A DNA stretch of 64,000 nt from Haliotis rubra (Eukaryota), in NCBI RefSeq assembly GCF_003918875.1, contig NW_025767313.1:1302001-1366000 (forward strand). Direction: 5' to 3'. Position numbers and translations under genes: made by a program. Positions 14,970 to 27,959 of the stretch are shown in pieces. Position 1 is the first letter of the stretch, and each line of letters starts with the position of its first letter. The notes beneath the pieces are model-generated. The model did no database searches and had not been told where the DNA came from. It saw nothing but the letters and a program-made list of their open reading frames with translations.

Positions 14970-15134
14970 TGAGTGAGTGAGTTTAGTTTTACGCCGCTTT
15001 TAGCAATATCTGAGCAATATCATGGCGGGGGACACCAGAAATGGGTTTCACACATTGTACTCATGTGGAGAATCGAACCCGGGTCTTCGTCGTGACGAGT
15101 GAACGCTTTAACCACCAGGGTACCCAACCGCTCC
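14970..15134 (-). mobile_element. tRNA-derived SINE family B
   Basis: A/B-box-like head (TGGTTAAAGCG...GGTTCGATTC) on the minus strand, (ACTC)n tail and a 13-bp TSD ACAACGTCATTAG on both sides. Confidence 0.92.
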
Positions 15135-16979
15135 ACAACGTCATTAGAGACTGAAGGGTGTAGACTCTGCCATTACATGAGGTCGAATTTAGTAGTCTAC
15201 CAAGAAGTGACTTTATGTTGTCTATGATATTTTTTGTTGACAAATGTCCGCGTTTCTATGACTCTATATCATCGTCGCTATATGACGATGCGACGTAAAA
15301 CTTCAACTCATCATTATCTCAGAGCTACTGCAACGCCGAGAGCCGCGGCCATCTCTTCACAGGTCACGTGAGGACCACGTTCCGCGAACCTTGACCAATG
15401 AAATACGAAACGTTCAGTGGAAAGCAGCGTTCTCCAGCTTTACGGCACTAGTTTCAAAAATATCAATTTTCATTCCAGAATCCGCTTTGAAAAATGGTTT
15501 GACAATGTGATTCCAAATTTGAAAACTCAACAAAGGAGAATCCTTGGTTGTCTGATACATGACCGACGTTGCAAATGGCAGTACTTCCTACGGGCTATGG
15601 AAACTGTTTTCCGTTTCGAATGTTTATCTCATTGAAGCGAGATATAGACGAGGACTTTGACGGGATCAGTCGTACTGTCGTTCGGAAAGCCCGGTGTTAA
15701 CCTTTTCGAGGTTGCATGATTAGAAAACGCATTCAGGCTTTCACTTTCGCGATCTCGTAAGTGACGCTCTGATTGTTTTGATGGAAGGTCGTTCTGACGT
15801 GGCCAGTAACGGGATGTCCTCAGATCGCTGTGTTGTGGTTGCAAGTGCTAAGGTCTGATTGTAATGACAATGGAAGTAAATACAGAAGCCTAACAGTGTA
15901 ACTCCACACATAAAGAAACCGTTACGATATTGAGACTGTCGACATGCTGACGGTGTGGGAGCCCCGACCCTATCAATGCTTATCCAACTCGCTCTCCGAC
16001 ATGTCCTGGGCATGCTGTATCACCTTGCACCAGGATATATGACAACCCGTCCACTGTGAATTGCAGAGTCGTATAATTCCAATAACATCACAACAATGGC
16101 GGATATGAAAGATGACGACGAGAGTCGCTCTAGTGCGCTGTTTTACGTTTAATGTTATTGCAAAAACGCCCATCAATCACTTCGATGAGTGGATTGTCGG
16201 TGAAATGAAAACCCTATCGAATTTCAAATTCATAATTATGATCCCTGTGAACATCGGAGAAGGTCAGGCAATCCCCGGGTGGAGTTTTCTTGCCACGTGG
16301 GACGTAGTAATCAATTAGCATATTCTCACGTAATAGTAACGAGACTCGGGAGACTTGAACCGGCGTCCAACTGGAACGTATGTCAGGTTCCACACTGGTG
16401 CTTCTGGTAATGTCACATAAGCTCACAACTAGTTCATACATTTTTTCCCGAAACACGCGTCACGCAAAAAATAAGTCTGTTTGGCTGTAGTTTGATATAT
16501 GATGCGTGGATCTGTCTATCTCTAAACGCGAGCCACCATCCTAGTTTCCCGAAATCAATAAACAAAATGTGATGATCCCGACGTCGAAGACATACAATAC
16601 GTGTCCTTAAAGTGCCATTGTCAGTATTGATACAGGACCACATGCTAGTCAATAATGATGAATTACCCCATTTATGTATGCCTGCGTTCTGGCGGTGTCA
16701 GATACATGGTCTCAATAGTTTAAACAATAAAGGGGAATGCAGTTAGCAGCCCACACGTTGATAGGGGAGCGTCTGTAAGTGCAAAGTCTGACGTGGCCTA
16801 CAGACCCCGAACACCATATGCCATATGGCTAGACCACTGATCACTTAAGGCCCCACACTGCCCCACTGATACAGTCAAGGCTGAAAATATAAAATACAGA
16901 ATTCTCGATAAAGTCAATGCCTTAAAGGTAAAAGTTGGCAAGACCATTTATACAGGCTAGGTCTAAAATACACAGGCGT

Positions 16980-19900
16980 TAAGGCGGAAGGATGGACACA
17001 TTTCCCTGACAATCCAATCAAACAAGACACGGGATAAACAGCTATTCTATCAGTGCGAGATGAGCACAGGATTGACACATGGTAGATCGTACTAGCAATG
17101 TAACACAGGATGGGCACAGGAGCTAGACCATCTAGACACTGTATACTCAAAGAAGGGTCACATTTGCTGGACCATCTATTCACTATAGTCACAGGAGTTT
17201 ACCTACTTGCTTGGGCATCCATACACTATCGTTAGCTAGACCGTTGATTAGCTATTGACGCACATCCCATACTAGCCAGCCAACGTAACCCATGAATGAA
17301 TGTGCAAGACCATCCTAGCACCATATGTACAGGATGGACACACGTGCTGGCCAACCCAAGCACTCTACACACAGGATGATACACGTGGCACTCTACACAC
17401 AGGATGGCCACACATGCTAGCCAACACAAGCACTCTTCACACAGGGTGGACACACATGCTAGCCAATCCAGGCACTCTACACACAGGATGGACACACATG
17501 CTAGCCAATCCAGGCACTCTACACACAGGATGGACACCCATGCTCGACAACTCTGGCACTCTAGACACCGGATGGACACACATGCTGGCCAACCCAGGTA
17601 CTCTACACACAGGATGGGCACATATGCTATGTCATCCAAGCACGATCAACGGGGGATAGATACATGTGCTGGACCACTGAAGACACACGATTGACACACA
17701 CCCTCCACCACCTGGTCAGTATAAACACAGATTGGGGACATGCGCTAGACAAGCTGGAGACTACTGAAAAAGGGAAGGACACATATACAACACCACCAAT
17801 GCAGCACAGGAGGGACCCAATTGCTTGCGCATCTAGGCATAATGATGAGCTCGACCATGGATTCACTATAAACAAACATCCTAGATAACAGTGGCATTGT
17901 AAACACATAAAGCACAAATGTGTAAGACCACCCTAGCACTAGAAACACAAGATGGGCACATGTGTAAGACCATCCTAGCACTAGAAACACAAGATGGGCA
18001 CATGTGTAAGACCACCCTAGCACTAGAAACACAAGATGGGCACATGTGTAAGACCATCCTAGCACTAGAAACACAAGATGGACAGATGTATAAGACCATC
18101 TCCTGGCACTAGAAACACAAGATGGACACATGTGTAAGACCATCCTAGCACTAGAAACACAAGATGGACACATGTGTAGGACCATCCTAGCACTAGAAAC
18201 ACAAGATGGGCACATGTGTAAGACCATCCTAGCACTAGAAACACAAGATGGGCACATGTGTAAGACCATCCTAGCACTAGAAACACAAGATGGACACATG
18301 TATAAGACCATCTCCTAGCACTAGAAACACAAGATGGACACATGTGTAAGACCATCTCCTGGCACTAGAAACACAAGATGGACACATGTGTAGGACCATC
18401 CTAGCACTAGAAACACAAGATGGGCACATGTGTAAGACCATCCTAGCACTAGAAACACAAGATGGACACATGTGTAGGACCATCTCCTGGCACTAGAAAC
18501 ACAAGATGGACACATGTGTAGGACCATCCTAGCACTAGAAACACAAGATGGGCACATGTGTAAGACCATCCTAGCACTAGAAACACAAGATAGACACATG
18601 TGTAAGACCATCCTAGCACTAGAAACACAAGATTGACACATGTGTAAGACCATCCTAGCACTAGAATTACAAGATGGACACATGTGTAAGACCATCCTAC
18701 CACTAGAAACACAAGATGGGCACACGTGTAAGACCATCCTAGCACTAGAAACACAAGATGGAAACATGTGTAAGACCATCCTAGCACTAGAAACACAAGA
18801 TGGGCACACGTGTAAGACCATCCTACCACTAGAAACACAAGATGGGCACACGTGTAAGACCATCCTAGCACTAGAAACACAAGATGGAAACATGTGTAAG
18901 ACCATCCTAGCACTAGAAACACAAGATAGGCACATGTGTAAGACCATCCTAGCACTAGAAACACAAGATGGACACATGTGTAAGACCATCCTAGCACTAG
19001 AAACACAAGATGGACACATGTGTAAGACCATCCTAGCACTAGAAACACAAGATGGACACATGTGTAAGACCATCCTAGCACTAGAAACACAAGATGGACA
19101 CATGTGTAAGACCATCCTAGCACTAGAAACACAAGATGGACACATGTGTAAGACCATCCTAGCACTAGAAACATAAGATGGACGCATGTGTAAGACCATC
19201 CTAGCACTAGAAACACAAGATGGACACATGTGTAAGACCATCATAGCACTAGAAACACAAGATGGGCACACGTGTAAGACCATCCTAGCACTAGAAACAC
19301 AAGATGGACACATGTGTAAGACCATCCTAGCACTAGAAACACAAGATGGGCACATGTGTAAGACCATCCTAGCACTAGAAACACAAGATGGGCACATGTG
19401 TAAGACCATCCTAGCACTAGAAACACAAGATGGACACATGTGTAAGACCATCCTAGCACTAGAAACACAAGATGGGCACATGTGTAAGACCATCCTAGCA
19501 CTAGAAACACAAGATGGACACATGTGTAAGACCATCCTAGCACTAGAAACACAAGATGGACACATGTGATAGATCGTACTTGGAATATTGAAACAGGTGT
19601 TAGCCCATCCAGGGCCTTTAAATAAATGATGGACACATATATCAGGACCTCCAAGCATGATCGACAGAGAATAGATACGTATGATGAACTTTTGACAAAG
19701 GATTGATACACATCATGGACCATCCAGGCAACATTGACACAAGATAAACCCATGTGCTACGCCATCTAGGCACTATAGGCACATATAGGAGAGCATCCAG
19801 GCACTATCGACAACGAATGAGCCAACATTCTAGGTCATCCAAGAACTATCGACAGAGGGACGCGTATACCATACGTTGGTTTACTATAGGCGTCCATCTT

Positions 19901-21400
19901 GGACACCAGGCAATGTAAACACATGACGGCCAAATATGCAAGTCCATCGAGAATTTATGTACACAGGATGGACACATGCGCTTGCAATAGAGACATACCA
20001 CATTCACATGTTCAAGTCCATCTAGATACTACAGATACTTGATGGACACTTCCTTGTGCTAAAAGTCTTGGCACAATACAAACAGAATGGACACGTATCC
20101 AAGGCTATCACAGCACGATCAACGGAGGACAAAAAACTGTGCTAAACCATTGATGCACTCAAGATACAGGATTAAAACACATCCTCGACCACCAAAGCCG
20201 TAACAACAAAGGATGGACACACATGTACATGTAGACCATTGGTGCACAACAGACACGGAACGGACCGTTTGCTTGGCCACCCAGACACTATAGACAGAGG
20301 CTCAGCACACATGCGAGGTCACCCAAGCACTGCCAACATAGGATGAGGGCTAGACTGTTGACCAAAGTAACAGGATCGACACACATCCTCGCATTTCAAG
20401 GCAATATAAACGCAGAATGGACACATCCTCAACCACCCAAGGCAATATAAGCACTATGGACCCGTGTACTATAGAAACAGAATAATAACATGTGTTGGAT
20501 CATCTAGGTAAAACGGACACTAGAGGAACACATTCAAGCAATATAACCACTGACTGACTGAGTTTGGTTTAACGCCGCTTTTAGCAATATTCCAGCTACA
20601 TCACGGCGGGGGAACACCAGAAATGGGCTTCACACATTGTACCCATGTGGGGATTCGAACCCGGGTCTTCGGCGTGACGAGTCAACGCTTTAACCAATAG
20701 GCTACCCCACCGCCCCCAATATAACCACAGGACTGATCCATATGCTTGAGTATCTGGATCATCCAGACACTATAGACACAGGGCACGTGTGCTAGACATT
20801 CAAGGAACTATGGACACAGGAGGGATACGTGTGCTGGACAATCAAGGCATTACGGACACAGGATGGACACGCGTGCAAGACCATCAAGACATTTCGGACA
20901 CAGGATGGGCACGTGTGCTGGACAATCAAGGCTCTACGGACACTGGATGGGCACGTGTTCTGGAAATTCAAGGCATTTCGGTCACAGGAAGGACACGTGC
21001 GTTTGACTATCAAAGCACTACGGAGACAGGATAGATATGTGCGCTAGACAATCAAGGCAATATTAACACAGGATTGGTACGAGTACGTGTGCTGGACCAT
21101 CAAGGCACTACGGACACAGGATAGTAATGTGTGCTAGACTACCAAGGTACTACAGACACAGAAAGGATATGCTTGCTAGACTATCAAGGCACTATAGACA
21201 CCATTGATGGACTATCAAACAGAGGTGACGCACATCCTCGACCACCCGCGATCCGTTGACAACCATGGCACTATAGATACCGTTTGGCTCCATGTCCTCG
21301 TCCATCGAGCCACTGGAGACACAGGGTGAACGCATACTCTAGGTGAACCAAGCGATAGAGATACAGTTTGAACACACCTGCTAGGCTGTGGGGCTAACAT
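16980..21400. repeat. 42-bp minisatellite: homogeneous core 17918-19567 with long degenerate flanks
   Basis: Unit CATGTGTAAGACCATCCTAGCACTAGAAACACAAGATGGACA, with occasional 44-bp variants. Flanks keep ACACAGGATGGACAC and GCACTATAGACAC motifs at ~42-bp spacing. Confidence 0.93.
20551..20716 (-). mobile_element. tRNA-derived SINE family B inserted in the degenerate satellite flank
   Basis: Full head GGGGCGGTGGGGTAGCCTATTGGTTAAAGCG...GGTTCGAATCCCC; 12-bp TSD CAATATAACCAC. Confidence 0.93.
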
Positions 21401-22159
21401 GGACACATGGCAGACACCTGCGTTATGTCACTAAAGCAATACAAACACAGGCATGAGACAAGCCCTCAAAGGTAAGCAAGTCCATGTAAAACCTCCCACC
21501 TTCTACAAATGGCATCGAGTTCAAAACAGTACACCTTCGATCCCCCACCTCCACAACTTGATAAACCTAGAACAATACCAGCACACTAATGACAGCCTAC
21601 ATCCCATGTATCTCCAAGCACTTAATACTCTCCTTACCAAGTGTCATATCAGATAGCCGTAATAAACAAGTCGCCATTAAAAACTTTAGCCTAAAAAAAG
21701 ATCATAATGGGATTTGGCATCACGATTTGAAGTTGAAATAGCTATAGTTAGAGCACAGAAGCGATTAGCCCCCGTAATCAATCTGTACTGTACACAAGTA
21801 TTATATCTTGGAAAAACATTGGAGACGCTAATTATATGCGCTGGAAAGTCTTCACGTTGTAGTGTATTGTTCCTATGCCTGTTTTATGCATGTACTACTG
21901 GTATTCAACTCTATTGAGAATAATTTGGAAATTGTTGTTTATTAGGAATTAATTACATATTGATTACTTAGTGTTTATTAATTGTAGAATCGGAATATAT
22001 AGAATATGTTTTCGCGACAAGGAGGGGGTTTGGATTCGCATCCGTTTGCAGGCTTACAAATAAATATTTAAAACGAATATTATAATTTTGAACATTCCGG
22101 CTAACTCTGAAACTGTTTGACTGTTTAAATGCATTCGTTTCAGTGTCGGATATACACAC

Positions 22160-22331
22160 CTGCGTGATGATGGCGCGGCTCTGGTAGCCTAGCAACGAAT
22201 TCCCAAGACCCTGTAACGTCATCCAGCACAGAGATTTCATCACACACTGGCTCTGACTTGAGTCTTGGAGCGCCACCTACGACCACAAGGCAATCTCTAT
22301 GAGCAGGAGCTCTGGGAACGGTTCGCGAAGT
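22160..22331 (-). CDS. Kelch-like protein, coding exon 3 (linker and first Kelch repeat)
   Basis: Acceptor ttttcttctctcattgcag; encodes TSRTVPR...CLVVVGG...WEFVARLPEPRHHHA; donor gtgtgt. The phase-0 join to exon 2 gives TLLQ|TSRTVPR, typical of KLHL proteins. Confidence 0.9.
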
Positions 22332-23037
22332 CTGCAATGAGAGAAGAAAAACCAATACAATAAATATCAGCTAGAACACTTGTCAAAGTGAAACAAAAAT
22401 GAGTTTTTTTAATGTAGGAAATAAATAACTGTTTGAGACGGAATACTGCCCTTTAGTAAAAACTTGGGGATTTATGAGACATACTATGAGAATATGCACC
22501 CAGCTGTAAACATGCACGCATTTACACTGCTAATGTAATTAAAGCTCGCGAACACACTGAACAGTAAATGTCACTAGATATGTAGCCCGGTAGAGAGTAG
22601 GTGTACAGTTCTTTCATTGAAATAACTTGCTGTGTAAGCTTTGATCGACAAGCCAGCCAGGTTCACCTGGTATGCACTCATTCTTGGGATTTAGCGGCCG
22701 CTTCAGACAATACATGAGTTTTGTGGCAGGAAATTCCAGTGGAAAAAATTTGCAATATTTAATTTGATTTTGTTTTAAGGATAGTATATTGTTTTGGCAA
22801 TTAAATGATATAAAGTTTCATTAGGTATTTGTAGATGTTAAATCTAAAAATATTTTATAACAGTAAAGAGGAAATGGTGTTACCTTGAAGGCTACTCTCA
22901 TTCATGAGGATCTGAAATCAATCGTGATATCACACTCTGTGCACTCTAATTCCGACGTGCATTAATGTTATGTACCCCGCCGAAAGGCGAACAAATATGG
23001 CACGGTGGTGAAATCAACTCGAAACTATTGTGGTGCA

Positions 23038-23256
23038 ACCCGTAAAGATTCGGGTTGAAATTGATCTTCAGTAGCCCATGCTTGTCGTAAGAGGCGACTA
23101 ACGGGATCGGGTGGTCAGGTTCGCTGACTTGGTTGACCCATGTCATCGTATCCTAATTGCGTAGATCAATGCTCATGCTGTTGATCACTGCTTTGTATGG
23201 TCCAGCCATATAGCTGGAAAATTGCTGGGTGTGGCCTTAAACAACAACCAACCAAC
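23038..23256 (+). mobile_element. SINE family A copy, (AACC)n tail variant
   Basis: Starts ACCCGTAAAGATTCGGGTTG and contains GTCGTAAGAGGCGACTAACGGGATC. Imperfect TSD AACTATTnnGGTG. Confidence 0.88.
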
Positions 23257-23712
23257 TATTCAGGTGGAGACAGGTTGATGGCTTCACTTGAGCTGCGTCC
23301 GTTTTATGATCAAACGGCTAATCTCAATATATGTTGGTACTGATCCCTGAGACATGTGCCTAAAGTGCAGGGCTATAAATGTGGATCAATTGCATATATG
23401 TTCCCATATGAATTAGGCGTATATACATGTATGAATATATTTCCAGTATTTTGAAAAAGTGCACTCTCCTGTCTGGTATCCGGTGACATATACGACCGGT
23501 TTGACCGATCCAAACTGAAATATCTTAAATATTCGTTGAAAAGTCTTTTTAGAAATTACCAGTAATCATTTTGTCGCAGATATAGCAAAACCTTATTTCA
23601 GAGAAAGAAAAAGTCATAAAGGTTAGATAGAAAAAAAGTATATTATATCGGAGCACCTGAGATTTTTGTTGTATACGGGTTAATCTTAAACAAATATCTC
23701 AGGTAATTATTA

Positions 23713-23785
23713 GCCCATTTCTGGTTTCCCCCTCCGTGATATTGCTGGAATATTGGTAAAAGCGGCGTAAATCTAAACTCACTCA
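23713..23785 (+). mobile_element. 5'-truncated SINE family B
   Basis: 3' half of family B flanked by a perfect 15-bp TSD CTCAGGTAATTATTA (23698-23712 and 23786-23800). Confidence 0.9.
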
Positions 23786-24754
23786 CTCAGGTAATTATTA
23801 ATCAATCTGCATATACCAAATATCTCAGGTACCCCATTCCTCACTCGTGACTAGTATCACGTGATAATGTGGAAATAACAAGAAGTAGTTGAATGCAAGA
23901 AGCCAGACCACGTATACGCATAAATGCATCTGTAACACAATGCTGCTCCTAACTGCTTGGCAGACGCAATATCATATGAAGTGGGTAGCATAATAACCAT
24001 CACTGCAAAACACACTCATCAAAAAAAGTGAAACAGAAAGAAGAAATGTATTATTTCAGATTTGATCACGCTAAATTGTTTTGGAACCGAACGCATGGAG
24101 ATGTCCACTACTGCTATAATGACGTCATACTACAAGAGAAACATTGGATTTAGAAAGGCACCACATTACAATCTCTAAAGCATGAAAAACGCCCTTCGGC
24201 GATCCCTGCTCCGAACGTCTTGTCATACATGCTTTGAGTAATTTAGAAGCCCGTTTTATAAACACCATACGTGTCATCATTTGAAATTAATTACAAAATT
24301 AATGAGTAACTTTTCAACGGGTGCATGCTTCCATGTAATGCCGACGTCATATCCACTGTTTCAACTGGTGGTTTTCTTTCCTGCTTCTGACTGACTATGC
24401 GATTGTTTACCAAATTCTTGGTGGAAATGAACACGTAACATTGTTGGCATAACGAAATGCAATCGTTTCTGACGTCATTGTTGACGTCATACTACCTCTG
24501 TAGAGTGTTTACCATCTGGCCCTTTACATACAAACGACAAAGTGTGGACGATGTAGAGATTATTACATTATCGTGTGTATCGCCCTTTCTACATAAAAAT
24601 CCTGACAGAAAGCATGGATATCCCGAGCGAACACAAAACTGCTGACAGTGGTTTGGTGGGAAGACAACAGAATGTTATGTTGTCTCTCGATTTTACACAT
24701 CAAACCCCAAGCAATATTAACTGTGTAAGGTAACCTAAAAAACACATGTGCACC

Positions 24755-24820
24755 CACGCAGACACGCACGCACTAACAAAAACACGCACACGCACGCACG
24801 CACACACACAAACACTCACA
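24755..24820. repeat. (CACG)n/(CA)n microsatellite
   Basis: CACGCACACGCACGCACGCACACACACA. Confidence 0.8.
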
Positions 24821-25054
24821 GATGTACATTTGATCCGTTTCCATAAGTCTCTCGAGGCCTGGCCTCACATCTGCTGACTGTGCAGAACGAATTAGGATCA
24901 CGTTTTAGCTCGCGTGTGTTGCTGCAGTTCAAGATACTGGCTTTCACATACAGATATAAACTGTGTACATATGAATGTTTTCATCTGCAATATGTCCAGA
25001 TCAATTAGCACAAGTCAAGATGGAGTTCATCGCCCGATGTCTAAAACTGAAGTA

Positions 25055-25305
25055 GTGAGGGAGTGAACGAGTTTAGTTTTACGCCGCACTCAGCAATATT
25101 CTAACTATATGGCGATGGTCTGTAAATAATCGAGTCTGGACCAGACAATCCAGTGATCAACAGCATGAGCATCGATCTGCGCAATTGGGAACCGATGACA
25201 TGTGTCAACCAAGTCAGCGAGCCTGACCACCCGATCCCGTTAGTCGCCTCTTACGACAAGCATGGGTTACTGTAGGCCAATATTCTACCCCGAACCTTCA
25301 CGGGT
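25055..25305 (-). mobile_element. SINE family A, apparently full-length copy
   Basis: Reverse complement starts ACCCGTGAAGG. A ~15-bp imperfect TSD GTCTAAAACTRAARTA brackets the element. Confidence 0.92.
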
Positions 25306-25426
25306 CTAAAACTAAAATAAAGTGAAAAAGAATAAAAGTAGGGCAAGACCCAGAAGAAAAAAATGCCTGGCTGCCTTTCTTCCCTGTGTGTGTCTGGACC
25401 AACTCCGTGGTGTAGTGGTTAGAGCG

Positions 25427-26430
25427 TACATACAGACAGGACGTGTGACCGGTACATACAGATAAAGACAGGACGTGTGACCGGAACATACAGATAAGGA
25501 CAGGACGTGTGACATGTACAGGTGGATAAGGATAGGAAGTGTGACCGGTACATACAGATAAGGACAGGACGTGTTACCTGTACATCCAGATAAGGACAGG
25601 ACGTGAGACATGTACATACGGATAAGGACAGGACATGTGACCAGTACATACAGATCAGAACAGGGCGTTTGACCGGTACATACAGATAAAGACAGGACGT
25701 GTGACCGGTACATACAGATAAGGACAGGATGTGTGACCGGTACATACAGATAAAGACAGGACGTGTGACCGGTACATACAGATAAGGACAGGACGTGTGA
25801 CCAGTACATACAGATAAGGACAAGACGTGTGACCGGTATATACAGATAAGGACAGGACGTGTGACCGGTACATACAGGTAAGGACAGGACGTGTGACCAG
25901 TACATACAGATATGGACAGGACGTGTGACTGGTGCGTACAGATAAGGACAGGACGTGTGACCAGTACATACAGATAACGATATGATGTGTGACCGGTACA
26001 TACGGATAAGGATAGGACGTGTGACCGGTACATACAGATAAGGACAGCATGTGTGACCGGTACATACAGATAAGGACAGGACGTGTGACCTGTACAGGGC
26101 GATAAGGACAGGACGTGAGACCTGTTCAGGCGGATAAGGATATGACTTGTGACCTGTACAGGCCGATAAGACAGGACGTGTGACCTGTACAGGCCGATAA
26201 GGACAGGACGTGAGACCTGGACAGGCCGATAAGGACAGGACGTGTGACCAGTACATACAGATAAGGACAGGACGTGTGACCAGTACATACAGATAAGGAC
26301 AGGACGTGTGACCAGTACATACAGATAAGGACAGGACGTGAGACCTGTACAGGCGGATAAGGACAACGTGTACATGTACAGACGGATAAGGACAACGTGT
26401 ACCTGTACAGACGTGTGACCTGTACAGATG
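25427..26430. repeat. 32-bp minisatellite
   Basis: Unit CATACAGATAAGGACAGGACGTGTGACCGGTA, ~30 copies, with a CTGTACAGGCCGATAAG variant toward the right end. Confidence 0.96.
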
Positions 26431-27123
26431 GAGATGTGGCCTGCACAGAATATACGCGTACACAATACAGATGGAACAAGAGGAAAAACATTTCTCTTTC
26501 AATTCGTTTGTTCAGTGATACCAGAGTTGCATGAAGAAATGAACAGATCCATTTCAACACAAATGTGTTGTTTTCGTTACCATGGTAACAGATGTCCGGT
26601 ATTTAACTGTTATTGTGCCAACCAATGGATGGTTTTAATCAACAGTTCTAGAGAACAAATTTAACATGCCTGAATAAGTTCCAGATACTTCTATGCATGC
26701 ATAGTTGCTTGGTGAATTAAACTATTTCCTGTTGTAAACTTCATAACTTGCATAACACGGACGAGGCGTTTCGTCGACATTTTCTTATCAGTTATGTTTG
26801 AGAAGATTCACACGATGTGCCCTCTTGTTTTTTAATTAAACCGCTAAACAAGAATACAATTAGTAAATCTATGATGCCTGTCTTGAAAAACTATATTTTA
26901 CAAACACCCACGACTGTTTATTAAAGAAACATAAAACTACGCCGAGATCCACATTTTGATTTCACCACACGATAATGCATCTGAATTTGTTGAATGTCAA
27001 ATATATCAATTTGCAAATGTAAGTATATTGTACGTGTGTAATCACTTGATGTAAAAAAACTCATTCCGATCTCCCTCTAAGTTCACCTATTTACAAGACC
27101 ATGTATCAAATGTCCCAAGTATA

Positions 27124-27959
27124 CTATTCCAAAAAAGAAACGCACAATCCAGAAATCTGTTGCGAAAATGTTGTATTTTCAAACATGTATAACTCGTCTA
27201 CAAATATACTTTAAGAAAATGAATTTTTACATCAGTTTAGAAGAAGATTATGTCTATACAATCAAGTGGATAATTTTAGATAACGGAGATGTTGAGCGCG
27301 ATGGTGATAACGTAGCATGGCCCCGACGTCGGGTCTCCTGGCTCTCAGTCCAATCTCTCTCAACCTGTTCCGTACAGTTTGACCGGATATCCTCCGAAGT
27401 CCAGGCACCCTGGCTGCTGTGCTCTCACACTACGCAAATGTAGTACCCGGATGTACCGATCTTGGGCTGCAGTGGTGACTCGAGGTCTGCCTGTACGGGA
27501 CGGTCATTTGTCATACCTGTTTGGTTGTAACGAGCTGACTAACATTCCAGACGCCTGGCAACACGAAATTGGTAATCTCCAGCGTGCATTCTTTCAATGG
27601 AATATGTTCCGTGTCGCATCGTCAAGACTTGGCGTAGTGATTTGACCTTGAAACTCCTTCAAAACGAATGCCGATTTCCGAAAGTAATCTGGATTTTTAT
27701 AGCCAGACAGTGCATGCTCTACGCTGCAGTGGAACTGGAAGGTGATATCTGTTGCGTTGCGGCGATGCCTTTTTAATTCTTGCAAGTAATATCATCAAAA
27801 TCAACATTTTCAGGTAAAGTCGACTTTTCACTTGTGCAATTGTGCAAAATCATGTTATCAACACTTTTGTTACATATTTTGACGATTTTTTTAACACAAT
27901 AGGTAATTAATAGATTTTTAAAAAATACAAAACGCCTATGCGTTTCTATTTTGGGATAG
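27124..27959 (-). mobile_element. Internally deleted Tc1-like transposon with TIRs and TA target sites
   Basis: TA|CTATTCCAAAAAAGAAACGCA ... TGCGTTTCTATTTTGGGATAG|TA. Minus strand 27635-27300 encodes frameshifted RYNQTGMTNDRPRTGRPRVTTAAQDRYIRVLHLR...TVRNRLREIGLRARRP (Tc1 paired-like HTH, GRPR motif). The DDE domain is absent. Confidence 0.88.

Noticed and set aside
15960-16660. Possible RT remnant (ILFIDF motif) or missing Kelch exon
   Set aside because: A single short motif, with no Kelch GG/Y/W spacing and no phase-compatible splice sites identified.
17745-19753. 445-aa, 255-aa and other repeat ORFs (MVLHMCPSCVSSAR)n
   Set aside because: Translations of the 42-bp satellite; the 44-bp variants shift frame freely.
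20640-20716. tRNA genes here and at ~15060-15134, ~44435-44502, ~49675-49750 and ~60205-60279
   Set aside because: These tRNA-like heads continue into shared SINE bodies with tails and TSDs, so they are retroposons rather than tRNA genes.
25312-26560. 396-aa and 348-aa minus-strand ORFs
   Set aside because: A 32-bp repeat cycling through all three frames; no domain signature.
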